A stretch of 64,000 bases of DNA, taken from positions 233,711 through 297,710 of IMG/VR virus record IMGVR_UViG_3300035698_029839; one strand, 5' to 3'. Position 1 is the stretch's first letter; every line of letters begins with the position of its first letter. Both the position numbers and the translations under genes were made by a program. Below, piece after piece: positions 26,604-38,165 of this stretch. The notes beneath the pieces were generated by a model. That model searched no databases. It worked only from the letters and a program-made list of their open reading frames with translations, and was not told where the DNA came from.

Positions 26604-27938
26604 ATGAAACCTAAACACATTATTATTTTAGCGATTATCGCAATCGCGTGTATCATCGTGGTCTCGTTATTCACAGGTTTTGTTAGTGTTAACGATGGTC
26701 AAAATTGGGTATATCTCCAGTATGTCAACGGAACAGTTAGAATTGTTGATGAGCCTGGGATGTATATGAAAGCTTTTGGTAAGACAAGGGTTTATCCTCG
26801 ATTTATTGAATTTCGTTACAATGATGATCCAGATGACGGAGATAAATCTAAAGAGTCTATCGAAGTTACATATAATGATGGTGGTATGGCAGATGTATCG
26901 ACTTACATTCGTTTAGCAACACCATCATTGAAAGAAAACCGTATCAAATTTCATCAGCAGTTTGGTGGTAATAAGGACAACATTAAGGCATCGACAAAAT
27001 CTTATATGATTGATTGTCTAAAATCGACAGCACCGTTAATGAGTTCTTCAGAAAACCAGTCGGCTCGTAAAGCAGAATTTAAGCAAGTTGTAGAAGGCCA
27101 ATTGAAAAAAGGCACATTCAAAATGCGTAAAGAGCAGATTGTTAGAAAAGACGTAACAGACAAGACGGGTGAAGGCATTACTATTTTTAAGACCGAGATA
27201 GTTAATGATAAAGATGGAATGCCTATTGTCGTTACCTCTTCTCCTATTACTGAAGATTTCGGAATGACAGTTGTTCAGTTTTCTGTTACAGCAACAAATT
27301 ATGACCCAGATACAAAGAAACAGTTTTCAGCTAAGAAAGCATCGTTCTTACTTACGGAACAGGCTAAAGCTGATCGTGAGAAAGAGACTCAAGAACGTCT
27401 GATGGTTGTAGAGAGAGGCTTAAGAGAGAAAGCTGAAGAGACTGCAAAAGCTAATGTATTGAAAGCTAAAGCAGTTATTGCGGCTGAGTTAAAAGCTGAA
27501 GTTGCTCTTCAAACTAAACTTCAAGCTGAAACCGCGGCGGCTATGCAATTATCTGTTGCAAAAATTAACAAAGCAGAACTGTTGATGATTGCAAGTGCTA
27601 AGCTTGAAGTAGCTCAGATTAAGGCTAAAGAAGCTGAACAGGAAAAGATTGCAGCAATCCTGAGAGCAGAAGGTCGTAAGGAAGCTATCGAATTATCAGG
27701 TGATATTACTGAACTCGAAGAAGCTGTGATTGCCGCTGAAGTTAATAAAGCAGCAGCAGTTGCCGAAGCTATGGCTAAGATGCGTGGTCCTGAAGTTGTA
27801 ATCTTTGGTTCAAAAAGTGAAGGTGGTGGCGGTAACGATATCACTCAAGCTCTTTTTCAGTTAAGATTAATGCAAGATGCAGGTCTTATCAAGAAAGTTA
27901 ATGTTGATTCATCAAAGGTTCAGCGTAAAGTTAGGTAA
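26604..27938 (+). CDS. SPFH/band-7 (flotillin-like) membrane protein
   Basis: N-terminal TM, PG.Y.K.FG, AEA-rich coiled coil. Confidence 0.8.
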   Translation: MKPKHIIILAIIAIACIIVVSLFTGFVSVNDGQNWVYLQYVNGTVRIVDEPGMYMKAFGKTRVYPRFIEFRYNDDPDDGDKSKESIEVTYNDGGMADVSTYIRLATPSLKENRIKFHQQFGGNKDNIKASTKSYMIDCLKSTAPLMSSSENQSARKAEFKQVVEGQLKKGTFKMRKEQIVRKDVTDKTGEGITIFKTEIVNDKDGMPIVVTSSPITEDFGMTVVQFSVTATNYDPDTKKQFSAKKASFLLTEQAKADREKETQERLMVVERGLREKAEETAKANVLKAKAVIAAELKAEVALQTKLQAETAAAMQLSVAKINKAELLMIASAKLEVAQIKAKEAEQEKIAAILRAEGRKEAIELSGDITELEEAVIAAEVNKAAAVAEAMAKMRGPEVVIFGSKSEGGGGNDITQALFQLRLMQDAGLIKKVNVDSSKVQRKVR

Positions 27939-27972
27939 TATATTACACCCCATGACCTCCATGGGATACTAT

Positions 27973-28007
27973 AAGCCCCTCTATCGTAATGGTAGCGGGG
28001 TTTTTTT
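27973..28007 (+). terminator. intrinsic terminator
   Basis: GC hairpin plus T run. Confidence 0.75.
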
Positions 28008-28087
28008 ATAATTCCAGACAAGTGGTTTTTTATTGCGGTGGTATGAGAAATGAAATAAAATGAAATTATTAGAAATGGAGAAATGAA

Positions 28088-28849
28088 ATGTTAAAAAAAG
28101 ACGTGCCAAACGGAGTTATTATCTATGAAGGGCCTAGTGTTATAGATGGTGAGCCAATTGTAGTAATTGCTAATAGTTTCAAGACTAATAAGAACCGTAA
28201 AATAGGGGATATGATACAAACATGGATTTTACGATCTGATATTCATCCTAATGACGCTCTTAAAAGTGGTGACGATTTTAGTATTTGTGGGGATTGTATT
28301 CATCGTGGGAAGTACGTAAAAGAAACTGATACAGTTACAAATAGGACTTGTTATGTAAACTTATATCAGCAAGGCGTTTTCTCTATTTACAATGCTTATA
28401 AACGTGGCTCTTATCCTGTTTGTGATATTAAGTATTTACAACTCTTTCGCAATAGGCATGTTAGAATTGGTTCATATGGTGACCCTGCAGCAGTGCCTAT
28501 TTATGTATGGGATAGTATTACAAAATTCAGCAAAGATTATACTGGGTATACACACCAATGGAAATTTTGCGATTACCAATATTCTATGTATTGTATGGCT
28601 AGTTGTGAAACTGAAACCGAACAAAATCTTGCTGATATTCATGGGTGGAGAACTTTCAGGATTATCAAAGATGTTGACACCGAATTAATAGATGGGGAAA
28701 TGCGTTGTCCTGCTCAAACTCATGGGACTCATTGCGACAAGTGCGGTATTTGTAATGGTTCTATGTCAAACCGTAAAAATATAGTTGTAGTCTTTCATGG
28801 TGCGCAAGGTCGTGAAAAACAATATCTTTCTAAAGTATCATGTAAATAA
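28088..28849 (+). CDS. Cys-rich conserved phage protein (gp88-like, possibly Fe-S)
   Basis: N.KIG, ICGDC, TCYV, RIGSYGDPAAVP, GYTHQW, CPAQ..CDKCGIC. Confidence 0.65.
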   Translation: MLKKDVPNGVIIYEGPSVIDGEPIVVIANSFKTNKNRKIGDMIQTWILRSDIHPNDALKSGDDFSICGDCIHRGKYVKETDTVTNRTCYVNLYQQGVFSIYNAYKRGSYPVCDIKYLQLFRNRHVRIGSYGDPAAVPIYVWDSITKFSKDYTGYTHQWKFCDYQYSMYCMASCETETEQNLADIHGWRTFRIIKDVDTELIDGEMRCPAQTHGTHCDKCGICNGSMSNRKNIVVVFHGAQGREKQYLSKVSCK

Positions 28850-28912
28850 TTCCAGACAACTGATTTTTTAATAGTATAGGTTGTTAATGATAATAAATTT
28901 TGGAGAAACAAA

Positions 28913-29302
28913 ATGACTGAAAATGAAAAGAATAAAGGTCCTTTATATGTGTATTGCCATGATTGTGAAACATTATTGGCAAAATGCTATGACATAAGCT
29001 CTGCTCACGTTGTATGCGCTGCTCATCGTAAGGACGAGCATAGTGGTTGCACAGTTACTACTGGTAATAAGTATTATTTTGATAATGTTTTTCCTCATAT
29101 AGAGTTAGAGCCTAATAAGGTTCTTCTTACTGTTCTTGGTGGTGTTGTTGATCTTGTTAATAAGCCTTTTGGTATTGAGGTTGAGATCAGGGATTTTGAT
29201 GTTGAGGGTATAGATGCAGAGGGTGATGAGCGTTGTAAAAAAGACTCTAATGGTGACTGGTATCAAGAAATGCTTTGGGAATCAACAGTAGAAGTATTAT
29301 AA
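28913..29302 (+). CDS. hypothetical protein
   Basis: C-terminal V.GG..DFDV.G.D motif shared with 37007. Confidence 0.75.
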   Translation: MTENEKNKGPLYVYCHDCETLLAKCYDISSAHVVCAAHRKDEHSGCTVTTGNKYYFDNVFPHIELEPNKVLLTVLGGVVDLVNKPFGIEVEIRDFDVEGIDAEGDERCKKDSNGDWYQEMLWESTVEVL

Positions 29303-29805
29303 TAATTCCAGACAAGTGGTTTTTTACTTGACTATAAAGTGAAAGTAAAGTATAATTAAATTTTTGGAGTAAATAAAATGAGTGAATATACAAGATTATA
29401 TAAAGAAGATGTCAGAGCTCCTATTTGGAAAAATATGATAAAAGAGTTAGAATTGCCTAAAGATACAAATGAGATATCAATAAAAATGATATCTTATATG
29501 ACAGAAAGAAATAAGCAGCAAGCAATAGAATTTCAAAAAAACCAGAGTGCTAAAAGCTTAAAAAGTAGTGTGAAATAGAATTAAATTTTTTGGAAAAAAA
29601 TGAAAAAAGATAGAGAAATAAAACTTAAAAAAATAGAGAATTATGTTAAAGACAAAATGAAACTTTTTGGTAATTCAGAAGATATTAGAGGAAAAGCAAT
29701 TATGGAAGTTCTTCAAAATATTGATGCTATTTCAAAAGGTATTATATAATCTAGGAGTGTGTTTTTTGTTATTATATGCTGTTAATATGATTTTTGGAGA
29801 AAAAA

Positions 29806-30546
29806 ATGAAAAACAAGAAAAAGTGGAAGATTTTAATAATAGGTATAATAGTTTTTATGTTGATTAATATTTCTTATGGGGATGATAAACTTAAAACACG
29901 AGAAGATTATGAGAATTTTATAAAACAACAACAGGTAAAAATAGAAACATTGGAAAAAACAGTTTCTGAGCTAAAAAAACAAGTACTTGATTTAGGATGG
30001 GAATTACATCCTCTTAAATATGGAATGGATCCGAATATAACTGAGCGATTAAAAGAAGAAAATGGAAAATTACAAATTATTATAAAAGATCAAAAGACAG
30101 AAATTCAGCGGCTACTGTCCCTGTTTCAACAGATAAGAATTGACCCAAATTCAGAACCGAATAATATTCAAAAACTCATGATTGAAAAGGAAGAAAAGGA
30201 GTATCAGAAACGATTAGTAAATTATAAGAAATATAGTAGAAGAGAAAACCCACCGCAAACAAGGGAAGAAATTTTGAGGAAAGAATTAGAAGAGTTTTTT
30301 ATGGATATCACGGAAGTTAAGTGGGTTAAATTTAATGATAACACTATATATGTCGGTTTTAATTCTTATCCTCTTGATGGAAATGCTATACTTCGAGGGG
30401 CAGCTCTTCACGGTAATAAAGCAATAAATTTTGGATGTCATGTATGGGCAGTACATGAAGATCAAAAAAATAATTATCCATATTATGGAACCCTTAATGG
30501 TAAATGGTATGATGAGATAACAGCGAGATATGGAAAAATTAAATAA
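29806..30546 (+). CDS. secreted or membrane-anchored coiled-coil protein
   Basis: signal-like N-terminus, GGAG RBS. Confidence 0.7.
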   Translation: MKNKKKWKILIIGIIVFMLINISYGDDKLKTREDYENFIKQQQVKIETLEKTVSELKKQVLDLGWELHPLKYGMDPNITERLKEENGKLQIIIKDQKTEIQRLLSLFQQIRIDPNSEPNNIQKLMIEKEEKEYQKRLVNYKKYSRRENPPQTREEILRKELEEFFMDITEVKWVKFNDNTIYVGFNSYPLDGNAILRGAALHGNKAINFGCHVWAVHEDQKNNYPYYGTLNGKWYDEITARYGKIK

Positions 30547-30872
30547 TATAAATATTTGATTTTTATTTATAGAGTGCTTAAATAGAATAAATCAACGTAT
30601 GGATTCACTGGAGATTGAGAAGTTAGCAGATTAATTTTGGAGTTAATAAGATGTTAAATGTAGAGTGTGTAGATAAAAAAGAAAACGGTGTGGAGATAGT
30701 CTTTTCAGATCCAGATGGAGATGAGGCTATTAAGGTGTGTGTTTCTGAGAAAACTGCTTGGAATTTGGAGAGAGAAATTCAAAGACAACGCTATGCGGCG
30801 AAAAAAGAATAATTCCAGACAAGTGGTTTTTTATTATTATAAGTTGTTAATATAATTTTTTAGGAGAAAAAA

Positions 30873-32207
30873 ATGCCAGTAGTAATAGAACATAAAAAAT
30901 TTAGTTGCACAAAGTTGGGTAGCAATAATAATAAGTTTTGGAACGTAACACTTTATGATAATGATGATGTTATGTCAGAATGGGGAAGACAGGGGAAAAC
31001 CTCACAATCTAAAACTTGGCCAGGTGTGGGTCGTTCTTTTATGGAAAAGAAGATAGAAGAAAAGAACAAAAAAGGGTATCATGAAAACCAAGTAGTCGAA
31101 GGGTCTGGGGAAGTTTCAATATCAGGACATAAAGTTGCTAACACTGAATTAAAAGATATAGCAGCTAAGCAAATAAAATCTAAAAATCCTATCGTAGCAA
31201 AATTAGTTAGTTTTTTAGTCGATGTAAACGCTCATGCTATACATAAAGCAACAGGCGGTAAAATTACATATGATACAAGCTCCGCTACGTTCAAAACTAC
31301 ACAAGGAGTAGTTATACCATCGCAAGTTACAAGGGCAAGAGATTTGTTATCTACTATGTACGATTATGTTAAAAATAACAAATTTGATATGATAGAGGAT
31401 AATTTGAACGAATACTTATCTTTGATTCCGAGAGATTTTGGTATGCACAAGATGAGTCCTTCTGATATTCTTCCAGATGTTGCAGCTGTTGGAGCAGAGA
31501 ATGATATTTTAGATGGTTTGGATTCTTCTTTTGCAGGATTACAAACGTCCACACCGAAAAAGAAAACGACGAAGAAAACAACAAAGAAAAAAGATACTCC
31601 ACAGATTTTTGATGTAGAAATGGGTATTGTTACAGATAAGAAAATCATATCTCATGTCAAACATCTTTATCAATCAACACGCAGAAGTATGCACCAGTCC
31701 AACAGTTTATCTGTACAAACAGTTTACTCTGTAACTATCAAGACAGTAAAAAATGCTTTTGATAGTCATGGAGCAAAGATGAAAAATATTTGGCAGTTGT
31801 GGCATGGTACAAAAGCAAGTAACCTTTTGTCTATTATGAGACAAGGTTTGATTATACCACCGTCAAGCTCTGGACATGTAACAGGTCGTATGTATTCAGA
31901 TGGTGTTTATTTTTCTGATATTAGTACTAAAGCATTAAATTATGCCACTAATTATTGGGGAGGTGGGGGTAGTACTGATAAAACATTTATGTTCTTAGCA
32001 GATGTTGCGATGGGAAAATATCATATAGCTAAAGATTCATGGACTAATTATCCTGTCTCTGGTTCAGATAGCACTTGGGCTAAAGGTAGAGACAAGGGAG
32101 GTGTTAATAGTGGCGTAATAAATGATGAAATGATAGTATATCGTACCGATCAGTGTAATTTGGTTTACCTTGTCGAATTTGTACCAAGGAATCAGCTTAG
32201 GAAATAA
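30873..32207 (+). CDS. WGR-domain PARP-like ADP-ribosyltransferase
   Basis: NNNKFW..EWGRQG (WGR), YLSLIP (regulatory domain), LWHGT / G.MY.DGVYFSD..K..NY / DEMIVY (H-Y-E triad). Confidence 0.9.
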   Translation: MPVVIEHKKFSCTKLGSNNNKFWNVTLYDNDDVMSEWGRQGKTSQSKTWPGVGRSFMEKKIEEKNKKGYHENQVVEGSGEVSISGHKVANTELKDIAAKQIKSKNPIVAKLVSFLVDVNAHAIHKATGGKITYDTSSATFKTTQGVVIPSQVTRARDLLSTMYDYVKNNKFDMIEDNLNEYLSLIPRDFGMHKMSPSDILPDVAAVGAENDILDGLDSSFAGLQTSTPKKKTTKKTTKKKDTPQIFDVEMGIVTDKKIISHVKHLYQSTRRSMHQSNSLSVQTVYSVTIKTVKNAFDSHGAKMKNIWQLWHGTKASNLLSIMRQGLIIPPSSSGHVTGRMYSDGVYFSDISTKALNYATNYWGGGGSTDKTFMFLADVAMGKYHIAKDSWTNYPVSGSDSTWAKGRDKGGVNSGVINDEMIVYRTDQCNLVYLVEFVPRNQLRK

Positions 32208-32867
32208 ATTCCAGACAAGTGTTTTTTGTTTTAGTAGAATGTAAATAATAATATTAATTTTTCGGCGAAATAGAATGACATATACAGAAACTTACAAAAT
32301 AAAAGTAACAACTTATATAAGAATTAAGTATGATGATGGAGCAAGAGATGGAATTCTTATTGAGAATGAAAAGGATAGTGATTATGTGAAAGTGTTTTTT
32401 CCTGTAGAGATGACAATAGAAGTAATTACTAGAGATATGATTTATAAAGCAGGGAAAATGATGGAAATTAATTTTAATAATTCTGGTTTGTGGGAATAAT
32501 AAAATCCAGATGAATAAAAATTAGTTTGTATGAAATGTTGAAGTAAATAATAATCTTTCGGAGAAAATCATGAATGTGAGAAAAATAGAAATATATATAA
32601 ATCTTTGTGATAGTAGGCGTAGATTCCAAGTTGTAGATGATGATAGCTTTAGTAAGGACATTAAATGTGCCTATGATCTTACTAAAAATTGTTCTCCTGA
32701 ATGTGCAACATGTAGGATATGGGGATCTTCCAAGAAAGCGTCATGCGACAGGGTAGGAGAGGGTTTTGATATAGGCTCTCTTGAATAATTCCAGACAAGT
32801 GGTTTTTCAATAGTATGGTATAGTGAAGTATAAAAACTAATAATATTAAATAATGGAGAAACGAAAA

Positions 32868-33452
32868 ATGTGTACAGTATTAGCAGCAACATCAATTTTA
32901 GAAATTCTTCAAGAAGGAATGAAGAATGGAGAGGTTTTTACCTCTTTTGATATCACTGTTGGAGCAAGGGCCGTAGTCTCTGATAAGGTCTTTCACAGTG
33001 ATGTTAGACGTATCGTTAATGGAGAATTTGATAATGGCGAAATGGCTAGCTATAATAGAGAGCTTTGTTCTCTTAATATTCCTTCAAGCCCCCAAGCTTT
33101 TGTCTTTTTCCCTGATGGAAAATTGGCAACTGACCATCCTCTCGTATCAGACAGCACCGACCCTAATGATGGTACGGATGATGGTACGGATGGCACTGTA
33201 TCGGTTGTCCTCGATGATGATGAGTATAAGCTCACCAAAGATGGACGTGTCAACATTCCTAAGAAACTTTTCAGCCAGATCGTGCCTAGTGCGGGTAGTT
33301 ACGATGTGCTTGTGAACGGCAGTTTGAAAAGTGTTGCACCGAACAAAGACGGACGTGTAAGGCTCTGCCTTATACGAATCGGTATCAATGACAGCAAAGT
33401 TAAACTTTCAGTCGATACCACAAACAATACTATCAATCTTGAAACTATTTAA
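32868..33452 (+). CDS. hypothetical protein with AbrB-like C-terminal repeats
   Basis: TKDGRVNIPK and NKDGRVRL. Confidence 0.6.
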   Translation: MCTVLAATSILEILQEGMKNGEVFTSFDITVGARAVVSDKVFHSDVRRIVNGEFDNGEMASYNRELCSLNIPSSPQAFVFFPDGKLATDHPLVSDSTDPNDGTDDGTDGTVSVVLDDDEYKLTKDGRVNIPKKLFSQIVPSAGSYDVLVNGSLKSVAPNKDGRVRLCLIRIGINDSKVKLSVDTTNNTINLETI

Positions 33453-33568
33453 TAGTTTCGACTAATTCCTACTGATAAGGGCAAGTTAATAGCTTGCCCT
33501 TATAATTCCAGACAAGTGATTTTCTATTTTGGTATAGTGTTAATGTTATTTTATATTGGAGAAATAAG

Positions 33569-34270
33569 ATGAATAGAAATATGTTATATGTAGAATATCC
33601 TTTGGCAAGGTCATTATTTGAAGCTATTGAGTGTCTGGAAAATGGAGGAAGTGTCTGGCAGGAAATATCAGATGATTTTCCTGATTGTGCAGGATTTGAT
33701 ACTTCCGAAGATTTAGCAGATAATTTTCCTGATGATGAAATTGAGGAGTATGATTTGATTCATCTTGTTCCTAAGGGGTTGGAATCAATTCCAGCAAGAC
33801 CTTTCGTAATAGAAGAAACGGTCTGGGCAACAGAAAGATTCTTCATTACAAATGATTTATATATGCACAAGGGAGACTCTTATAAGATAGTCGAAATTAG
33901 TGATGATGGTAAGAGTATCAAACTTGATGTTCCTAAAAATGAACAAAAGGACACGATGTGGCCTGCTGATAAATTTTGCAGATGTGTACTTCCTGTAGAT
34001 AAGAAAAAAGTCTATGCTCTGGCTGATATGACAAGTAGTAGTGTAGGATATGATTTGGACAATGTTTATGAAGATTTGAGTTTCCTCAAGGAAGAGTGTG
34101 ATGGAGATACTGTTTGGTCTGATAGTTATCAAAATGAAGATGAATTCATAGATTATATGAAATCATTGGGACATAGTGTATCAGGAATAAATTGGGATAT
34201 TGTAGGATATGGTAGAGAAACAGGAGAATTAGTCTATGCGATTCAGCAATGTTTCTTGAGAACAAGATAA
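33569..34270 (+). CDS. hypothetical acidic protein
   Basis: repeat promoter, GGAG RBS. Confidence 0.75.
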   Translation: MNRNMLYVEYPLARSLFEAIECLENGGSVWQEISDDFPDCAGFDTSEDLADNFPDDEIEEYDLIHLVPKGLESIPARPFVIEETVWATERFFITNDLYMHKGDSYKIVEISDDGKSIKLDVPKNEQKDTMWPADKFCRCVLPVDKKKVYALADMTSSSVGYDLDNVYEDLSFLKEECDGDTVWSDSYQNEDEFIDYMKSLGHSVSGINWDIVGYGRETGELVYAIQQCFLRTR

Positions 34271-34589
34271 TTTTTATTGATTTTATTTCTCCAACATGAG
34301 GAGCGTGGTTGATTCCATGCTCCTCACTCCATTTCCAGACAAGTGGTTTTTTATATTGGTAGATTATGATAAAAGAAATAAAAAAACTTAGAGAGCAAAC
34401 AAATAAAGCAGAAGTTGCTTTGTATCAGGCAGTTATGGATTTAGGCAATCATATGAATAAGTGCAATTGTGATGATTTGCATTTTTCGAGTTCAGTTAGA
34501 TATGATTTTGTTAATACTATTTCTCATCATGAGGTTCATACATTTTGTCTTAATTGTGGTGGATTTATTACTTTAACGGAGATATAAAA

Positions 34590-35162
34590 ATGCCAGTAAA
34601 AGAAAATCCTACAAGAGATGTCAAATGCAGATGTGGTAAAACAACTACTGTTAATATTGAGCCTGCAATAGCATATTGCAAAACTACAAGATTTGTTTGT
34701 GAGTGTAAGAAAGTGGTTCATATTACAGATTATTGCAATGGCTGTATCACTTATATGTTTCCCTCTAAAGAGGTAGATGAAGCTTTTCTCAAAATGAGGG
34801 AAGAAGATGAGGAAAGAAAGAATAAAGATAGGAAGAGATGTACGGGTCGTATAGCAGATTTTTACACTTTTATAGATGAAATACCTGTTGGTACAAGACT
34901 TTCTACTATTGAAGATTGTAAAAAGTGCGATGGAATGAAAGGTTGTGGAGTATCACAGCATTGTTTAATAACAGAAAAACAGATACAAAGAAAATGTTTT
35001 AATCATTGTCCTAGATGTGATGCTGGTGAAAATGATATTGAGTGGGGAGAAAAAGATTGGTCTGATGAATCAGCTTGGCAAGACGCTGTTTGTAAGAAAT
35101 GTGGGTGTATGTTTTCAGAAGTATATATTTATAGTTGTTCAGAAATTGATGCACCGATATAG
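34590..35162 (+). CDS. Cys-rich Zn-finger protein
   Basis: multiple CxC/CxxC; GGAG RBS before ATG 34590. Confidence 0.7.
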   Translation: MPVKENPTRDVKCRCGKTTTVNIEPAIAYCKTTRFVCECKKVVHITDYCNGCITYMFPSKEVDEAFLKMREEDEERKNKDRKRCTGRIADFYTFIDEIPVGTRLSTIEDCKKCDGMKGCGVSQHCLITEKQIQRKCFNHCPRCDAGENDIEWGEKDWSDESAWQDAVCKKCGCMFSEVYIYSCSEIDAPI

Positions 35163-35221
35163 TTTCCTAATGGATAATTCCAGACAAGTGATTTTTTGTT
35201 ATTATAGGTTGTTAATAAGAA

Positions 35222-35338
35222 AAAAGAATAAGGTTGTAGTTCAACTGTCAGAATGATGGACTAGGCTCTGTTGAGAAGTCGCAATTTTCTATCCTAGTTA
35301 CAAGATGTGGAATCGAGACCACCAATTCTTATTCTTTT
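35222..35338 (+). ncRNA. tRNA-like RNA in a repeat cassette
   Basis: 11-bp outer stem, D-arm-like TAGTTCAACTGTCAGAAT, T-arm-like GTGG/CCAC. Confidence 0.45.
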
Positions 35339-35362
35339 ACTAATTTATTTTTTGGAGAAAAA

Positions 35363-35677
35363 ATGAGTAATTTAGCTTATATACAAACAGTTGAAGTAAA
35401 GAAAACCTATGCAGAAGAAATAGTTATAGATGTAAGAGTCTGGGATAATTTTACTGAGGGAGACTCTTATATAGGAGAAAAGGGACAAGTAGGAGATAGG
35501 GGAGTTGATGTAAAAGATGATATGTCTATTCTCCAGTATTGTAAAGATATTGGTTCTGATGATAGTGCTAGTATTTGTAGTGTAATAGATAGTATTCTCG
35601 AAAATAAAAAGGGTGTAGAAATCAATGGCACTTTTTATGAGTGGGACGAAATAAAACATATATTTCCAGACAACTGA
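35363..35677 (+). CDS. hypothetical protein
   Basis: ends FPDN* inside the repeat. Confidence 0.7.
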   Translation: MSNLAYIQTVEVKKTYAEEIVIDVRVWDNFTEGDSYIGEKGQVGDRGVDVKDDMSILQYCKDIGSDDSASICSVIDSILENKKGVEINGTFYEWDEIKHIFPDN

Positions 35678-35955
35678 TTTTTTAATAGGGTAGAATATGG
35701 ATGATAAAATTCTAAAAAATTTAATAGCTATCATAGAGAATTTTGATTTTCAGGTTATGTGGAATGCTGATTTTGGAAAATATTGTGTTCTTCGTCATAT
35801 AGTCCATTATATTGATGGTGAAGCAATGGTTAATTTTAGAGATTTTAGAGCAAAACATATAGACTTATATAATTGTTCTATGGATGATTTTATATTTTTT
35901 CGGAAATCACAAATGACAGAAATATTAAAACATATAAAAAAGTGAGGGTATTAAA

Positions 35956-36729
35956 ATGACTAATGGAACATTAAAAACAGTAGTAGGCGATGTTACTAAT
36001 CCTCAAAGACTGACACCGAATGAGGTAGTAATTATACCTCATTGTTGTAATAATAAAGGTGTGATTGGTGCAGGAGTAGCTTTAGCACTTAAAAAGAAAT
36101 GGCCAGAAGTAGAAAAAGAGTATATGTCTGGTTCTTTAGAGCTTGGTTCTGTTTCTTGTGCTGTATTAGATGATGGAGTAGTTGGCCCGAATCAGGAAAA
36201 TCCTAAAGTAACAACTGTCATTTATAATATGATAGGTCAAGATGGAACTGTTTCTACTATTAATTCTAAACCTGTTAAGTATTGGGCTTTAGTAAAGGCA
36301 ATGAAAATTATTGAGGGAAGATGTGAAAATATAAGAAATTGGAATTGGTTTCCTGGATGGAGTCCTAATCCTGTTATCCATTGTCCTAAATTTGGTTCTG
36401 ATCTCGCTGGTGGCAATTTCGATTTCATATTAGAGTTAATAAGAGAAATATGGATAGAGAATGGTATAGATGTAGTCGTGTATGAGTTTGTACCTAAAAT
36501 AAATGGAGAAAAAATGAGTAAACAAATTTGTAAAGTATTAATTAGGAATTTACATGGAGATCCACAAGTTATTGGATGGATCAATGAATCTGAGGTTGCC
36601 CCGATGTTAAGGCTTAATCAGCAATATAAGATTAAGGGGAAGCCGATGTTTATGGTTCAAGCTATTCCTTATCTCGATATTACTGATGCTGTTCAAATAG
36701 TTTTATCATCTGATGAGTTTGACAAGTAA
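35956..36729 (+). CDS. macrodomain (ADP-ribose binding/hydrolase) protein
   Basis: VGDVT, HCCNNKG.IGAGVA.AL.KKWP, PKFGS.LAGG. Confidence 0.85.
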   Translation: MTNGTLKTVVGDVTNPQRLTPNEVVIIPHCCNNKGVIGAGVALALKKKWPEVEKEYMSGSLELGSVSCAVLDDGVVGPNQENPKVTTVIYNMIGQDGTVSTINSKPVKYWALVKAMKIIEGRCENIRNWNWFPGWSPNPVIHCPKFGSDLAGGNFDFILELIREIWIENGIDVVVYEFVPKINGEKMSKQICKVLIRNLHGDPQVIGWINESEVAPMLRLNQQYKIKGKPMFMVQAIPYLDITDAVQIVLSSDEFDK

Positions 36730-37006
36730 TTCCAGACAACTGATTTTTTAGTTATGTAGGTTGTTAATGATAATTTTTCTTGGAGATAAAAATGAGTAAA
36801 ATGAAAATTGCTATTTTGTTTGAAGCCAACGGTTCTGGAGATACAATAAATAGAACTTGGGGAGAAGATATTATCGAATATAGTAAAACCGATGATATAC
36901 AAAACATTCTTGATGAAGCAATAAATAAAACAAATGAAGCATTAGAGGAAGTCCAAACTTCTGATAGGGCTGTACACTCTTTTGTTTTAGAATTTTTGGG
37001 GAAATA

Positions 37007-37300
37007 ATGAAAAAATTTGCGATAGTAGATAGTTTCGGAAAAATAGTAAGTGGCGATGATATTAAAGCTGAAAATGAGTTAGAAGCTCATAGGCTTATTA
37101 GAAAAGCAAATGAGGAAAAACTTGTTGAGTTGCCAAGTCTTATCATAATTGAGGTGGGTGGAGGTCTTATTCAGGACGTTTCAATACCCGATTCAGCAAA
37201 TGTAGTTATTGAAGTGCATGATTTTGATGTTGATGGTGCTGATGAAGAACTCCATACAGATGCAGATAATAGACAATATAGAAAATCGGAGTGGGTCTAA
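37007..37300 (+). CDS. hypothetical protein
   Basis: C-terminus paralogous to 28913. Confidence 0.7.
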   Translation: MKKFAIVDSFGKIVSGDDIKAENELEAHRLIRKANEEKLVELPSLIIIEVGGGLIQDVSIPDSANVVIEVHDFDVDGADEELHTDADNRQYRKSEWV

Positions 37301-38165
37301 TGAAGTTGTCGGTTAATATAGATGAAAAAACAGCAGAAGTTAATTTTGGTTCTCTTACATTTGATTCTGGCAAAAAAATAATACTTGATAAAGGAGAAGT
37401 AGAAGAAGTAAGAGCACGTCTCAAATTAGCAAAGGCAGAGGGTAAGCTCTGTGCAACAGATTCTTTAGAACCTATCGCTCATGATAAAGAATTCTTTGTT
37501 ACAGGAGCTTATGTAAAGGGAGTCAAGTTTGGGACAAAGAGCCTGTTAGTGGTAACAAGCATAGATTCTGATACATTTTGCGATGGAGCAGAATGCAATG
37601 ATAGAGTAGAAAAAGAATACGGACTGTGATAATTCCAGACAAGTGGTTTTTTACTTGTGTATAAAGTGAAAGTAAGGTATAATTAAATTTTTGGAATTGG
37701 ATAATTTTAATCTTGTATTTATATGTTGCAGTTTGCTTTATGGTAGAGCTTAGTAAAACTAATATATATAAAGAGAATAAGGAAAGAGTAGGACTTCGAG
37801 TCATTGCCTTAATTATTATAGGGTTGATCTGGTTACCTGCTGTTATCGCAAAGATTGTTCCTAATATGCTGGAAGATTGGGCATCTTAATTTTTGCAGAA
37901 AGAAGAGAATAATATACTACTATGAATATCATGTGGAAAATAGAAACAGTCTTGAAGGTTGATGGGACTAAGACAACAGTGAAGGTAGCCCCCACACAGG
38001 TATGGGAAGGTATAAACGTCTCAGATTCGATCCTGAACCATTTAAGAGGTACTTCAACAGCACATATAACCTATAATAACCAGATTTTCAAAGATATACC
38101 TATAAACTGGTATTTAATAGAGAATTAACTAATTCCAGACAAGTGATTTTTTAATAGGATAGATT

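Noticed and set aside
33632-33641. Inverted repeat-like TGTCTGGAA
   Set aside because: Inside a coding sequence, 9/10 match, unpaired; likely chance.
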